Shown piece after piece: positions 1 to 10,568 of a stretch of 38,605 nucleotides of DNA (the stretch's first letter is position 1; each line of letters starts with the position of its first letter). The stretch covers positions 1 through 38,605 of the forward strand of contig CAWEHK010000045.1 in assembly GCA_963808625.1 (NCBI GenBank), read 5' to 3'. A program made the position numbers and the translations under genes. The notes beneath the pieces are model-generated. The model was not told the DNA's origin. It made no database searches and saw only the letters and a program-made list of their open reading frames with translations. The stretch is from an uncultured delta proteobacterium. GTDB taxonomy: Bacteria; Desulfobacterota; Syntrophobacteria; Syntrophobacterales; Syntrophobacteraceae.

Positions 1-90
1 TGTTACCCATTCGGCCAGGGTCTTTTGGATGGTGTAAGTCTTGCCGGAACCGGCTCCGGCAGGGATGATGGTGAGGGGGGGAATGGTCAT
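1..90 (-). CDS. UvrD/AddA-like SF1 helicase, N-terminus only (runs off the window)
   Basis: Manual translation from ATG at 90 gives MTIPPLTIIPAGAGSGKTYTIQKTLAEWVT, with the UvrD-type Walker A 'AGAGSGKT'. A GGAG RBS lies at 100-103 on the minus strand. Too short to appear in the ORF track. Confidence 0.75.
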   Translation of the reverse strand, partial: MTIPPLTIIPAGAGSGKTYTIQKTLAEWVT

Positions 91-1530
91 GGCGTGTTGC
101 TCCGTATCAAGCGTTGTATATCATGGCGCAACGCGTTAACCCCTGCTGACGTCCCGAAATCCCGGCTCACGTCAAACAAACCCGATTTGAATTCGCCGAC
201 ACGCATCATCTTCCAGCAGATACACCTTTTCCTCAACACCAGTCACCTTCGGATAGAGCAACAAGACGTCGTTGCATTGGTATCGTTGAGCGTAGGCGTA
301 CATCTGGTACATGTCCGCCTGGGATACGCCATTCTTGTCATCTTCGTCACTTGATTTCAGTCGTTTCCACTTCGTATCGATAATCAGCGAGGGAGCGTTG
401 CGAGGGCCGATAAGAATGTCCGGCTTCATCTGAAACTTCCTGAACCTTCTGTCATCATCTTGATGTACACAACAGAGATACCGATCTCTGGTCTGAATGC
501 GGACATCATGCTTATGCAAACCGAAAAAAACGGCATTACGCTGTAAAAATCGAGCGATGAATTCCTCGAACAACTCATACATGTTAAAGAGAAACGAGAA
601 CGTCTCGTTTTTTCCGGCGGCAGGAGCCGGCGACTGCCCCTGCCAGACAATCCGGCAAAAATCGAGGAGCGGCGTGAAGCGTTCGTTGTTCCTGTGCACT
701 TGACAGTGGTAAGTTCTCCAGAAATCTTGAAAACTCATCTGCTAAGTGGTTGAAATTCCTCATTTGGCTCATTTCAGGTGTCGTTCCTTGGACCCAACAA
801 ATTCAGTAACTTACGAGAACTTACCACTGTCAAGCTGTGCAGATGAACCGCATCAAAATGAAACCCTTGCGGGATGATATCATCAGTCTCGTCAAAAACC
901 GCCAAGGCTTCGAGCAGCAGCTTCTGAGTACCAGAAACCGTGGTCACGAATGCAAGCCGCCTGCTGGTGGCCTTCAAAATTCTGTTCAGCAGCGTATCAC
1001 TCACAAAGTCGTCATAGCCGACAAAAAAACGCTCGCCATGGGCTGCATTCACTCATGATATGCCGATTCATCAGCAGCTTTCCCTTGATCCTGGGTAGGT
1101 TCTCTTCCGATTGAGGTACGCATGATCCAGACCGCGCCGCAGTTCTGCCAGCAGTCTGTCGGCAAACGCCTTGATCAAAATCTCAATCAACGGCATTTGC
1201 TTCAACTTCAGCGCGGCAAGATCGCGGGCTCAAAAGAGATGCTGCGGGTATATGAAAGCATGAAAAGAAGATTCTTCTGCGCAAGATCGTCGGATTGAAC
1301 ACCATCCCTGTCAATCTTGGGGAGAATTTCTACAGTGATGCCAGGTACCTGCAATACTCCAACATACTCATTTGCCTTGACACAGTTGTTCCAGCCCCAC
1401 TGAAACAAGGGGTTTTCTTTCCTTTTTTGGTAAAAGAATCATCAAACTGGCGAAGGCGGTCGAGCAGTTTGGGATCGATATCACGAGGCAGTTCGCCATA
1501 CTCATAAATTGTAATGTGCTGCTGCTTCAC
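87..1530 (-). pseudogene. mcrC: McrC-family restriction endonuclease subunit, interrupted by a MITE and several frameshifts
   Basis: Fragments 1330-1530, 1208-1408 (YVGVLQVPGITVEILPKI), 774-1052 (DDFVSDTLLNRILKA) and 172-738 (FNMYELFEEFI, KPDI, IIDTKWKRL, ADMYQMYAYA, LLYP) carry typical McrC motifs. Removing one T near 175 extends the frame to a TGA at 87-89 that overlaps the helicase ATG. Confidence 0.9.
699..834. mobile_element. 136-bp MITE inserted in mcrC
   Basis: Perfect 20-bp TIRs CTTGACAGTGGTAAGTTCTC (699-718) and GAGAACTTACCACTGTCAAG (815-834). 7-bp TSD CTGTGCA at 692-698 and 835-841. In-silico excision restores McrC ...FDAVHLHRNNERF.... Confidence 0.93.
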
Positions 1531-2879
1531 GTTTCGCTGCCCACTCAGAATACGTCTGAAAAATGCCTCCAGATCAGAATCTTTGGCGTTTTAAATTGCG
1601 GATTAATGGTAAATGAACAGCATTCCCTTCGTACTGGTCAGTTTCATAGCCGAGCCCCAGTGAGGCGGATCGAATGATTGCTGTAGCGGGATTTTGTTGA
1701 ACACCATCGTCATCCGAAGGGCAACCCAAAACCAGACAGATCTTCCGCCAGTCGCCGTAGAAATACTCCTGTAACAAAGGGATAATCTTTTTCAGGAATT
1801 TCGTACGAAGCGCATCGAGGGTAGCTACTCCCATGAAATCAGCATGCCCGATGACATGGTCGCGATCGTAGAGCCATTCGATACGCCGGTTGATAGTCTC
1901 CATCAAAGCTCTGGCGTTGACGCCTTCGACATTGTCGGGAACAAGTTCTGCCTTGGGCATCATTTCGACGAATTCGAAACGACGCCGCAAGGCGATGTCG
2001 ACCAGCGCTATGGAGCGGTCGGCGGTGTTCATGGTGCCGATAATGGAAAGATTCTTGGGAACACCAAACTCTTCCTTTGAATAGGGCAGTGTCAAGCGAA
2101 GCTCGTTTTGTGCCCCCATGCGCTTGTCCAGTTCGACCAGGGTAATCAGTTCGCCGAAGATTTTGCTGATATTGCCGCGATTGATCTCATCGATAAAAAG
2201 CGCATAGCTGTTGTCGGGATCTCTCCTTGCACGATTACAGATTCTCTTGAAAATGCCGTCTTCGATCCTGTATGCAATGCCATTATCGGAATCCGTCGAA
2301 CCGTCCATGACCGGACTAATCCCTTCGATAAATTCTTCGTAGCTGTAGGACTGGTGGAAGGTTATAAATTCGAATCGTTTAATATTCTCTGATTTTGGTT
2401 GGTCACGACTTAATTGCTAATAATTCTGTTGCCTCGGGCACATCCTCTTTTACACTGTCATTAATTTGCCAAGCTCCATCTTCATCTTTCCAAAAAATAA
2501 GCGGTCCACTTCTTTTTTCAAGATTGAGCTGCACATTGGGACAATCCACGCAACTGTGGATTTGAAGTGCGGCCCAAATCGTCTGAGATTTATTACTGGT
2601 TTTGGCCGACAGAAAACGTGCTTGGATTAACTCATGCTGCAACAGTTCAGGGACTTTAGCCTTGCCGAGATCAAGCACTGCAGCGGCAACCACCATGAAC
2701 CATGATTTGTCAGAAACAAGTCTTTGTAGGTAGATTTCTCGGCTTTCATTACCGGTCTTTGACATGTATTGAGCGAAAAGCTGCTGCAACTCATAGGTTT
2801 TGCCTGTGCCAGGTGGTCCATAAAGAATCAGATTTGAAGCTTGCATTTGAGTATCTTTCTTCAGAATAATTTGCGCCAT
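1527..2879 (-). CDS. mcrB: McrB-family AAA+ GTPase (frameshifted near 2400 and near the 3' end; possibly fused to the upstream ORF)
   Basis: NLILYGPPGTGKT (Walker A), FITFHQSYSYEEF, LFIDEINRGNISKIFGELITLVE (Walker B) and the McrB signature NTADRSIALVDIALRRRF. The 3' end abuts the mcrC GTG start; the exact stop is uncertain. Confidence 0.88.
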
Positions 2880-3366
2880 GTTCTGAATCAGTTGAGATTA
2901 TTCGCATGGTTGTATCTTCTCCCTTGGATACAAATTCTACAAGTTCTTCGAAGCGAGATAATCTTTGCATGAACAATTCAAACTGCTCAGGACTTTTGAG
3001 GGTCGCCAAATGGACTTTAATTGTATCTTTGGTAGCATCATTTGGGTTATAAAGGCCTTTAAAATGATCGACAAACAATTTTCGATTGTTATGGAAAGGA
3101 TACCCATCACGATCCAGTTCGTATATCTTGAGATAAATGTAAGGCGTTTCAGCACCATACTCGAGAAACCGATATTTGGTAGTGAGCCGAGGTATAGCCG
3201 TAAGACGAGGAGTTGGTGCAGTAGCTTTAGGACTCCACGTTATATCATAAATCTTATCCAATTGATCAATAAATGTTTTTGAGACATCTCGATATTCTTC
3301 ACCGAATTTTACACGGACAGCTTCAAGGAAACTTATTTTATCCCACCTAGCTACATCTTTACTCAT
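2791..3366 (-). CDS. Hypothetical protein; probable N-terminal (specificity) domain of McrB split off by a frameshift
   Basis: 191-aa AT-rich ORF overlapping the mcrB start by about 90 nt. One extra A in 'gaagaaagatact' (about 2850) would fuse it in frame to DTQMQASNLILYGPPGTGKT. Confidence 0.55.
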   Translation of the reverse strand: MSKDVARWDKISFLEAVRVKFGEEYRDVSKTFIDQLDKIYDITWSPKATAPTPRLTAIPRLTTKYRFLEYGAETPYIYLKIYELDRDGYPFHNNRKLFVDHFKGLYNPNDATKDTIKVHLATLKSPEQFELFMQRLSRFEELVEFVSKGEDTTMRIISTDSEHGANYSEERYSNASFKSDSLWTTWHRQNL

Positions 3367-3401
3367 ATCCCGTTATCCTTCGACTCTGATCAATAAATTA
3401 T

Positions 3402-4616
3402 CTACACCCCCCACGGATAAATGAACCTCTCATCCTTCGGTGTACCGTTAAGCCCAACCACCCGAAACTGGTCTATCTGATAACGCTGGATAAAATAGCG
3501 TATCGCCGTTGGGGAAAACTGTTCAAAGTTGAGCTTGACCTCGATTGGCAGAAGTTCATTCCTTACGTTGAGGATGAAGTCAATTTCCTTCTTATCCTTG
3601 GTTCGCCAGTAATAGACCGAATCAGCGGGGTATTTCTTGATAAGCTCCGAAAACACCGCCGTCTCGAACACGCTGCCGATGATCTCCCTTTGCAAGCCTT
3701 TTAGCCAGAGCATCTGCAACAGACCGGTATCATAAAAAAACAGCTTCGGCTGTTTGAAGAGCTCCGAACGGATGTTCCTGCTGAATGGTCGCACCAGTTT
3801 GATGACGTAAGTGTTCTCCATGATGAAGAGATATTTTTCCACGGTCGGGACTGAAATCCGGGTGGTATTGGCCAGTTCGGCCACGTTGAGGATTTGTCCG
3901 CTCTGGGCGGCAAGTGCCTCCAGGAGTTTGTTGTACTTGTCGATGTCCTTGACGCCGGCCAGGTCGCGGATGTCCTTTCTCACGTAGGTATCCACGATCT
4001 GTTGCAGGTACCTTTCCTTCTTCTCGACCTCCGGCGTCAGGACGATCCTGGGGTAGCCACCATACAGCACATATTCACGGAACAGGCTTTTCAGCTCTTC
4101 CGTTTTCTTTTCCGTAAAAACAGCGCCTTCCTCAAAGTGAACCTGCTTGAACGTCAGCATCTCCCGGAAGGAGAGCGGAAATATCTCGAAATTGACCGTG
4201 CGCCCTACGAGCGAGTCCCTGAATTTGGTCTTGATGGCAAAACTGGAGGAACCGGAGACGATCAGCTTGAGATAACGGTGGTGGTCCGCAACCAGCTTCA
4301 AAAATGACGACGGATCGGCCAGATATTGAATTTCATCGATAAGAACAAAGAGCTTCCGCTGGTCTGCTACGCCAAGAAGCCCCTCCTCAGCCAGATACCT
4401 GAGAAACTGGTCGACACCGGCATCGAGTATCTTCAGATAACGGGAATCCTCCAGATCCAGGTAACAGGTGCGCTCGCCCTCTTTGATCAAACTGTCGCGC
4501 AGATAGTAGAGAATGGACGTTTTGCCCACCTGCCGGGCTCCGTGCAGTACGATAACGGAGTCGTCCCGCAGGTAGGCGCTAATTTCGTCGTTTGCGGCTC
4601 TTTTGTACAGCGACAC
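3402..4616 (-). CDS. AAA_14 / DUF4143 ATP-binding protein
   Basis: GARQVGKT, LIDEIQY, VSGSS, LVGR, YVLYGGYP, PKLFFYDTGL, FETAV and the C-terminal KEIDFI...PIEVK motif. Intact 404 aa. Confidence 0.9.
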   Translation of the reverse strand: MSLYKRAANDEISAYLRDDSVIVLHGARQVGKTSILYYLRDSLIKEGERTCYLDLEDSRYLKILDAGVDQFLRYLAEEGLLGVADQRKLFVLIDEIQYLADPSSFLKLVADHHRYLKLIVSGSSSFAIKTKFRDSLVGRTVNFEIFPLSFREMLTFKQVHFEEGAVFTEKKTEELKSLFREYVLYGGYPRIVLTPEVEKKERYLQQIVDTYVRKDIRDLAGVKDIDKYNKLLEALAAQSGQILNVAELANTTRISVPTVEKYLFIMENTYVIKLVRPFSRNIRSELFKQPKLFFYDTGLLQMLWLKGLQREIIGSVFETAVFSELIKKYPADSVYYWRTKDKKEIDFILNVRNELLPIEVKLNFEQFSPTAIRYFIQRYQIDQFRVVGLNGTPKDERFIYPWGV

Positions 4617-4914
4617 CAGAATATCCTTGACGAGATTTTTAATTCAGATTGAACTTTAATTGAACTGTAATATATTTCAAGTATAATTCATATTTCGTTG
4701 CGTTTTCGTACACCATCACGCGATCGTCGGGAAGCCTCGACAGCAGGTCGACCTCGCCGCTGATCGGCAGCCAAAAGATCTTGTCGGAGAAGAGGATTGG
4801 TGAGACCTATTTTTCCTGAAAAATGCCACGTCCTGCAGATGGTGTTGGGGATTGCTCCGCGAAATGTTATGTTTGCGTCCGTCGATAAAGTTCAGAAGGA
4901 AGGAGCGGCGGAAA

Positions 4915-5340
4915 ATGTATGCACGGATGCTGGTTTTGAGATTTCCCAAGGGGATCGTGGACAAGCCCATCATTACCTATTTGGTCCGGGACTACAACCT
5001 GACCTTCAACATCCTGAAGGCCCAGGTTTACCCTCGCAAAGAAGGGATCCTCGTGATGGAGCTGCGCGGTGATCCCGACGACTATGATAGGGGTATCCAG
5101 TATCTCAAAGAGGTTGGGGTTGAGGTCGAACCCGTTGCCCAGGGTATTCGGCGCGATGATGAAAGGTGCTATCAATGCGGCGCCTGCACCGCAGTCTGTC
5201 CCAGTGGCGCCCTGCATATCGAACGACCGGAAATGGATGTGCTCTTTGAATCCGAGCAATGTATTGCCTGCGAACTGTGTGTGAAAACCTGTCCTTCCCG
5301 GGCAATGATCGTGACTTTTGACAAGACTTTGGCCGGCTAG
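4915..5340 (+). CDS. NIL-domain 2x[4Fe-4S] ferredoxin-like protein
   Basis: NIL domain (LVRDYNLTFNILKA) followed by two CxxCxxCxxxCP motifs. AGGAG RBS at 4901-4905 supports the ATG at 4915. Confidence 0.88.
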   Translation: MYARMLVLRFPKGIVDKPIITYLVRDYNLTFNILKAQVYPRKEGILVMELRGDPDDYDRGIQYLKEVGVEVEPVAQGIRRDDERCYQCGACTAVCPSGALHIERPEMDVLFESEQCIACELCVKTCPSRAMIVTFDKTLAG

Positions 5341-5372
5341 GCAGCCGCTCCACAAGGAAAGACCATTAGCCG

Positions 5373-6699
5373 ATGGCCGCCACTGTGGCCCTTGAGACCC
5401 TCGGGTGCAAGGTAAACCAGTATGAATCCGCCTACTTCCTGGAAGCGCTCAAGGAAGCAGGGTATCGACGAGTCTCTTTTCGAGATCATGCCGACATCTA
5501 CATCGTTCACGGTTGCGCCGTCACTTCCCGGGCAGCTTTCCAGACCCGGCAACTTCTGCGGAGGGCCCAGCGTCTAAACCCTCTGGCAACGATTGTCTCG
5601 GCAGGGTGCCAGGCACAACTGGAGCCGGAGCGTACGGCGGAAGAGCAGCTCGCCACCCACATTCTTGACAACGTCAACAAATTCGATCTGGTTTCCTGGC
5701 TGCAGGCTCCCGGCACCTTGCTCAATCCCCTGCAAACCACCGCCGCCATACACCAGTTCAATGCCCTGCGGCCCCTGCCCATCGCTTCGCATGCATTCAG
5801 GGCGCGCCCGGGCCTTCCTCAAGGTCCAGGACGGCTGCGATGCGTGCTGCTCCTACTGTGTGGTCCCTCAGTTGCGCGGCAGCAGCCGGAGCCTGCCGCC
5901 AGCCGGCGTCCGCATGCAGGTGGAGCGTTTTCTCGAACAAGGATACCAGGAGGTGGTCCTGACGGGCATCCACCTGGGTCAGTGGGGCAGAGACCTGGCA
6001 CCCCGGCAGGATCTCGAGGCGCTCCTGACATGGTTGCATCAAGGCCCCCTGCCCTGCCGCGTTCGATTGAGCTCCCTCGAGCCAAGGGAATGGAGCGAGC
6101 CCCTCATTGCCCATCTCACTCGCTGGGAATGGATCTGCCCGCATTTTCATATTCCCCTGCAGAGCGGCGATGCGGACATCCTGGAGCAAATGCGGCGTCC
6201 GTACACCCCTCGTCAATACGCTGAGCTCATCATGGAGCTCCGGCGACTCTTTCCTCAAGCAGCCCTTGGGGCCGATGTCATGGCGGGATTCCCGGGGGAG
6301 ACCGAACAACAGTTCGCCAACACGTGCCGGCTAATCGGCCAGCTACCTCTTACGTACCTCCATGCCTTTCCCTTTTCGCCCCGACCGGGAACCCACGCCG
6401 CGGCAATGCCGGGCAGAATCCCCAGCCAGGAGCTGAAACGAAGGGTTCATGTCCTTCAGGAATTGGGCCGGCAAAAGAAGCACGCCTTCCAGGCAGCCCT
6501 TCTCGGGCAGTGTGTGGAAGTGCTGGCGGAAGCTGAGATCGACGAGGGGTGGTGGCGAGGCACCTCCGAGAATTACTTGAGGGTGATCTTCCCCGCTTCG
6601 GGCGTCTTTCAACAGGGCCTCATGGTGATGGTGAGGCTTCTGGAGATTACCGAAAAGGGGCTCCTGGGAAAACCCGTGGTTATGCCTCTGCAAAAATAA
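5373..6699 (+). CDS. mtaB: tRNA t6A37 methylthiotransferase MtaB (frameshift near 5790, likely artefact)
   Basis: TLGCKVNQYES (UPF0004 domain), RAFLKVQDGCDACCSYC (radical SAM), EVVLTGIHLG, HFHIPLQSG, LHAFPFSPRPGT and GTSENYL. Confidence 0.88.
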
Positions 6700-8395
6700 A
6701 AAACTTTACGAGCCTGGGATCAGGGGGACGGTCAGGGAAAAAAGGGGAAATCTCCTGAGCGTACTCCTGAAATAGCGGATCGAGATAGGCCCCGATAAGG
6801 TCCCGCTGCTGCGCATCAGGCACAATCCGGTTAACCCAGGAACGAATTGCCTGCTCCATGACGGCTGGACCGAGGCGACAAAACAGCTCAGCCCACCGGC
6901 CCACCGCGATCGGTCCCACTTCCCATGTGCCAGTGCTCAGAAACTGTGCCGCCGCAGTCCAGATCATACTCCCCAGGGTGACCTCGGAAAGCCGCCGAAC
7001 TTGCCCATCCCGCCATAATTTTTCGCCAAGTTGAGCAGGCTGCACGGGGAGCCCCTCAAGGAGCGGGCCCAACGCGGAAATGACGTCAAGGAGATGCTTG
7101 CCTCGAGATAGGTCCCGCCGCTCTCGAAAGAAGTCCTCCCTGGGCGGTGATCCGGCGCTTGAGGCCGGTCGCACGAGTCGCGGCGTCTTCTGCAACAGCA
7201 GCTCCGCTGATTCCATCCAGTCGTTCTCGAGGCACTTCAAGCCAGTGGGCCATCGTGACAACCAGCCATGCTGAAGCAATTGCTGCAAGCGGCTGTTCAT
7301 CCGGGCCACCCGCGTATGGGCAAGGCGGAAGAGATTTTCCAGGAAGACTTCTTCAAGGATTTTTGCCGCCTTCTCCAGGTTGCCGCGGCCCAGCAAATCA
7401 AGCCCTAAGTTGACATAAGCCGCAACCTTGTCCACCGCGCGCCGTAAAGCCTCGGGTTCATCCAAGGACAACCGATCGGCAATGATCACCTTGTTTGCAA
7501 GGGAGGCCAGTTCCAAACGAAGGGTATCGATCACCTGAGCGTGCCGGATTTTCTCCAGGGCCAAACGCAAAAGGTCCTTTTCCGGCAGCAATGCCACCGC
7601 AAACGATGGCGATGCGGCACTGGCGACCTGCGATGCAACGATGTCCTTATCATAGCCAATTTGTTCCGGGCTGAGATCATGATAGATCCCGAGCGCATCA
7701 TAAAAATCAGGAATCGCTTCATCCTCGAGCCGAGCGCGGTGAAAGCGGTAAGCGTCTTCCTCCATACTCACCTCGGAAACCCAGATCAGGTGGTTCATGA
7801 GCTCCTTATAAAAACCCGGGTGCGCTTCAAAAATGAGATTCAGCAAACGAGAGAGGAAATCCTCGAATTGGAGATACTGCGTCTCCCAGTAGAATTGGTC
7901 GTCCAGGGTATGTTTGGGCAGTTGTTCCGTCGCTTCGAGAGGGTCCGTATCTTCCGGCGTGAGCACCACGTGAATCCACTTCTGAAAGAGGACCACCAGC
8001 AGTTCAAAATCAACATGATAAAGCCACGCCAGGAGTTTTTCCTCGCTGGCCGTGGCCAGCCTTTGCAGCCACTGGAGGGCCTTTGCCGGCTGAATAAGGT
8101 CCTTGTCCCACCACTCCAGATCGAACAGATGAACGAGTTGTCCGACCTGCCCAAGAGCCAGGAGCGGAGCGGCATCATCGGGACCGACCTCCTTCACGAA
8201 GAAGAAGAAATCCTGGGCTGGAAGGGAAGCGATAACCGCTTCCGCATCCGTTCGTGAAAGGACCGTCTCGAGCCTCTTCTTCGGCGGCAGCCCCATGAGA
8301 TACTGGCCCAATTGCCGGGGGGCAAGTTCTGCGAGGTGCCGTCCTTCCCTATCCGCGTGTTTTCCGTCATCGATTCTCCATCGGTTTAAGCGCAC
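6680..8395 (-). CDS. Conserved hypothetical protein (DUF6178-like); start uncertain
   Basis: 571-aa ORF with FDLEWWDKD, EEDAYRFHRARLED..IPD and LASLANKVIIAD segments that I recall from the DUF6178 family. Confidence 0.6.
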   Translation of the reverse strand: MRLNRWRIDDGKHADREGRHLAELAPRQLGQYLMGLPPKKRLETVLSRTDAEAVIASLPAQDFFFFVKEVGPDDAAPLLALGQVGQLVHLFDLEWWDKDLIQPAKALQWLQRLATASEEKLLAWLYHVDFELLVVLFQKWIHVVLTPEDTDPLEATEQLPKHTLDDQFYWETQYLQFEDFLSRLLNLIFEAHPGFYKELMNHLIWVSEVSMEEDAYRFHRARLEDEAIPDFYDALGIYHDLSPEQIGYDKDIVASQVASAASPSFAVALLPEKDLLRLALEKIRHAQVIDTLRLELASLANKVIIADRLSLDEPEALRRAVDKVAAYVNLGLDLLGRGNLEKAAKILEEVFLENLFRLAHTRVARMNSRLQQLLQHGWLSRWPTGLKCLENDWMESAELLLQKTPRLVRPASSAGSPPREDFFRERRDLSRGKHLLDVISALGPLLEGLPVQPAQLGEKLWRDGQVRRLSEVTLGSMIWTAAAQFLSTGTWEVGPIAVGRWAELFCRLGPAVMEQAIRSWVNRIVPDAQQRDLIGAYLDPLFQEYAQEISPFFPDRPPDPRLVKFFIFAEA

Positions 8396-8557
8396 ATCCT
8401 CAACGAAAGTAATTTTCTTGCTTTATCTTAACTGAGACATTAGTTAAATTGAAAGATGAAGTATTCGAGATGGGAGGCGTAGCAAAAGGCGCCAACGTGA
8501 TGGAGGCTCAGGCGATAACACGTGGAGTTTCCAGGGATTTTTCACAGGAGCAGCAGG

Positions 8558-9323
8558 ATGTTGATTGTAGAAGACCTGCAGGTCGAACTTGCAGGAAAAA
8601 CCATACTCAGGCACATCGATCTTGAGATCAAGCCGGGAGAGACCCACGCGCTGTTCGGGCCCAATGGTTCGGGAAAGACCTCTCTCCTCATGACCATCAT
8701 GGGCTACCCCCAATACAAAGTTGTCGGGGGAAAGATCATTTTCAAGGGAGTGGACATCACCACGCCCCCATCAATGAAAGGGCGCGTCTGGGGATTGGCA
8801 TGTCCTACCAGCGCCCCCCCACCATTCATGGCCTGAAGACTCGCCAGATGGTGCAGATTTGCGCGCGCCAAGAAGTCGACGTCGAAAGCCTCGCCCGCAA
8901 GGTCAACTTTGAGGACTTCCTGGACAGAGATGTGAATGCCGGTTTTTCCGGGGGAGAGATCAAGCGCTCCGAACTGCTTCAACTCATGGCGCAGAAGCCC
9001 CGATCTGATGCTCTTTGACGAGCCCGAATCCGGGGTTGACATGGAAAACATTGCCCTGGTCGGAAATACCATCGCCGGGCTGCTGGAAAAGAACGGCATG
9101 AACGGAGAAGTCAAAGTCCCGGCTCCAGGAGAAGCGGGAGCGGACCAAGATGGGCCTCATCATCACCCATACCGGTCACATACTGGATTATGTGGCGGCG
9201 GACAAGGGGCAGGTGCTGTACAACGGCGTCTTGAGCTGCAGTACCAACCCTCGCGAAATTTTGCGCTGTATTGCTGAAATCGGATATGAGGAATGTGTGC
9301 GATGTACGATACCGGAGAATTAA
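8558..9323 (+). CDS. sufC: SufC-like Fe-S assembly ABC ATPase (SmsC type), about 3 frameshifts
   Basis: GPNGSGKT, RDVNAGFSGGEIKRSE, FDEPESGVD and GLIITHTG across three frames. Ends in YEECVRCTIPEN* with a C-terminal CxxC. Confidence 0.85.
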
Positions 9324-10528
9324 AGGAAAGGGCCGCTAAAGCGGTCGACAAGAAGGCGGCCATCGGTCCCGACGTCGACCTGGATGAATTCGAGACAGTC
9401 CCGTTGCCCACGAATACCTTTCGGACCAGGAACTGCGTTCGCTCCCCGAGGTCGAACGGCAGCGGCTGTTCCTGTCCGGAGTGGATGTAAATGAAAAGGA
9501 GCGCGGCGGCACCTTTTTCCAGAAAGACACCGCGGTCGTCCACTGCAAGACCAAGCAGGAAGGGATCGAGGTCATTCCGATCCGCAAGGCCCTGGAGAAG
9601 TATGACTGGATTCAGGACTATTACTGGAAACTGGTCGCTGTGGATGCCGACAAATACACGGCCGCCGCCGAAGAGGGATCTGCACAACGGCTATGTGATC
9701 CGCGCGCTGCCGGGGGCCAAGAGCATCTACCCGATCCAGGCCTGCCTCTACCTGGACAAGCAGGGGCTGCAGCAGAACGTTCATAACATCATCATCGCCG
9801 AAGAGGATTCCGAGCTTCACATCATCACCGGATGCTCCACCTCGCCGCATCTGACCAAAGGGGTCCACGTCGGGATTTCCGAATTCTTCATCAAGAAGAA
9901 CGCCAAACTGAGCTTCACCATGATCCACAACTGGGCGGAGGACATGGTGGTTCGTCCCCGCTCGGTGGCTCAGGTGGAAGCCGGTGGGCTCTTTCTGAAC
10001 AATTACATTTGCATGAAGCCGGTCCGGACCCTCCAGATGTATCCGACCACCCACCTGGTCGGGGAAAACGCGGTGGCCCGCTTCTACAGCATCATCGTGG
10101 GCAGCCCGAAGTCCGAATACGATGTCGGCGGGCGGATCTATCTCAAGAAACCGGGGACGCGGGCCGAAATCGTTGCCCGCACCATCAGCAATGGCGGTAA
10201 AATCATAGCTCGAGGCCATCTCATCGGCGAAGTGCCGGATATCAAGGCCCACCTGGAGTGCAAGGGGCTCCTCCTCAAGGGCGGGCTCATTCATGCCGTT
10301 CCCGAGCTGGAGGGCCATGCGGACGGCGTGGAGATGTCCCATGAGGCCGCCGTGGGCAAAATTGCCCAGGAAGAGATCTGCTACCTGATGTCCCGTGGGC
10401 TCAGCGAGGAGGAAGCGACTGCCACCATTGTGCGCGGCTTCCTCAACGTGGATATTCCGGGCCTGCCGCCGCAGCTGAAGGCGGAGATTGAAAAGGCCAT
10501 CGAAATGAGCGAAAAGGACGTAATGTGA
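9302..10528 (+). CDS. sufB: SufB/SufD-family Fe-S scaffold (SmsB type), frameshifts near 9410 and 9675
   Basis: YYWKLVAVDADKYT, QNVHNIIIAEE, ITGC, MIHNW, AHLECKGL, PELE and MSHEAAVGKIAQEEICYLMSRG. Confidence 0.85.
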
Positions 10529-10568
10529 TCATTCGGACATTCCAACGCAAGGATTCGGAGGCTGCACG

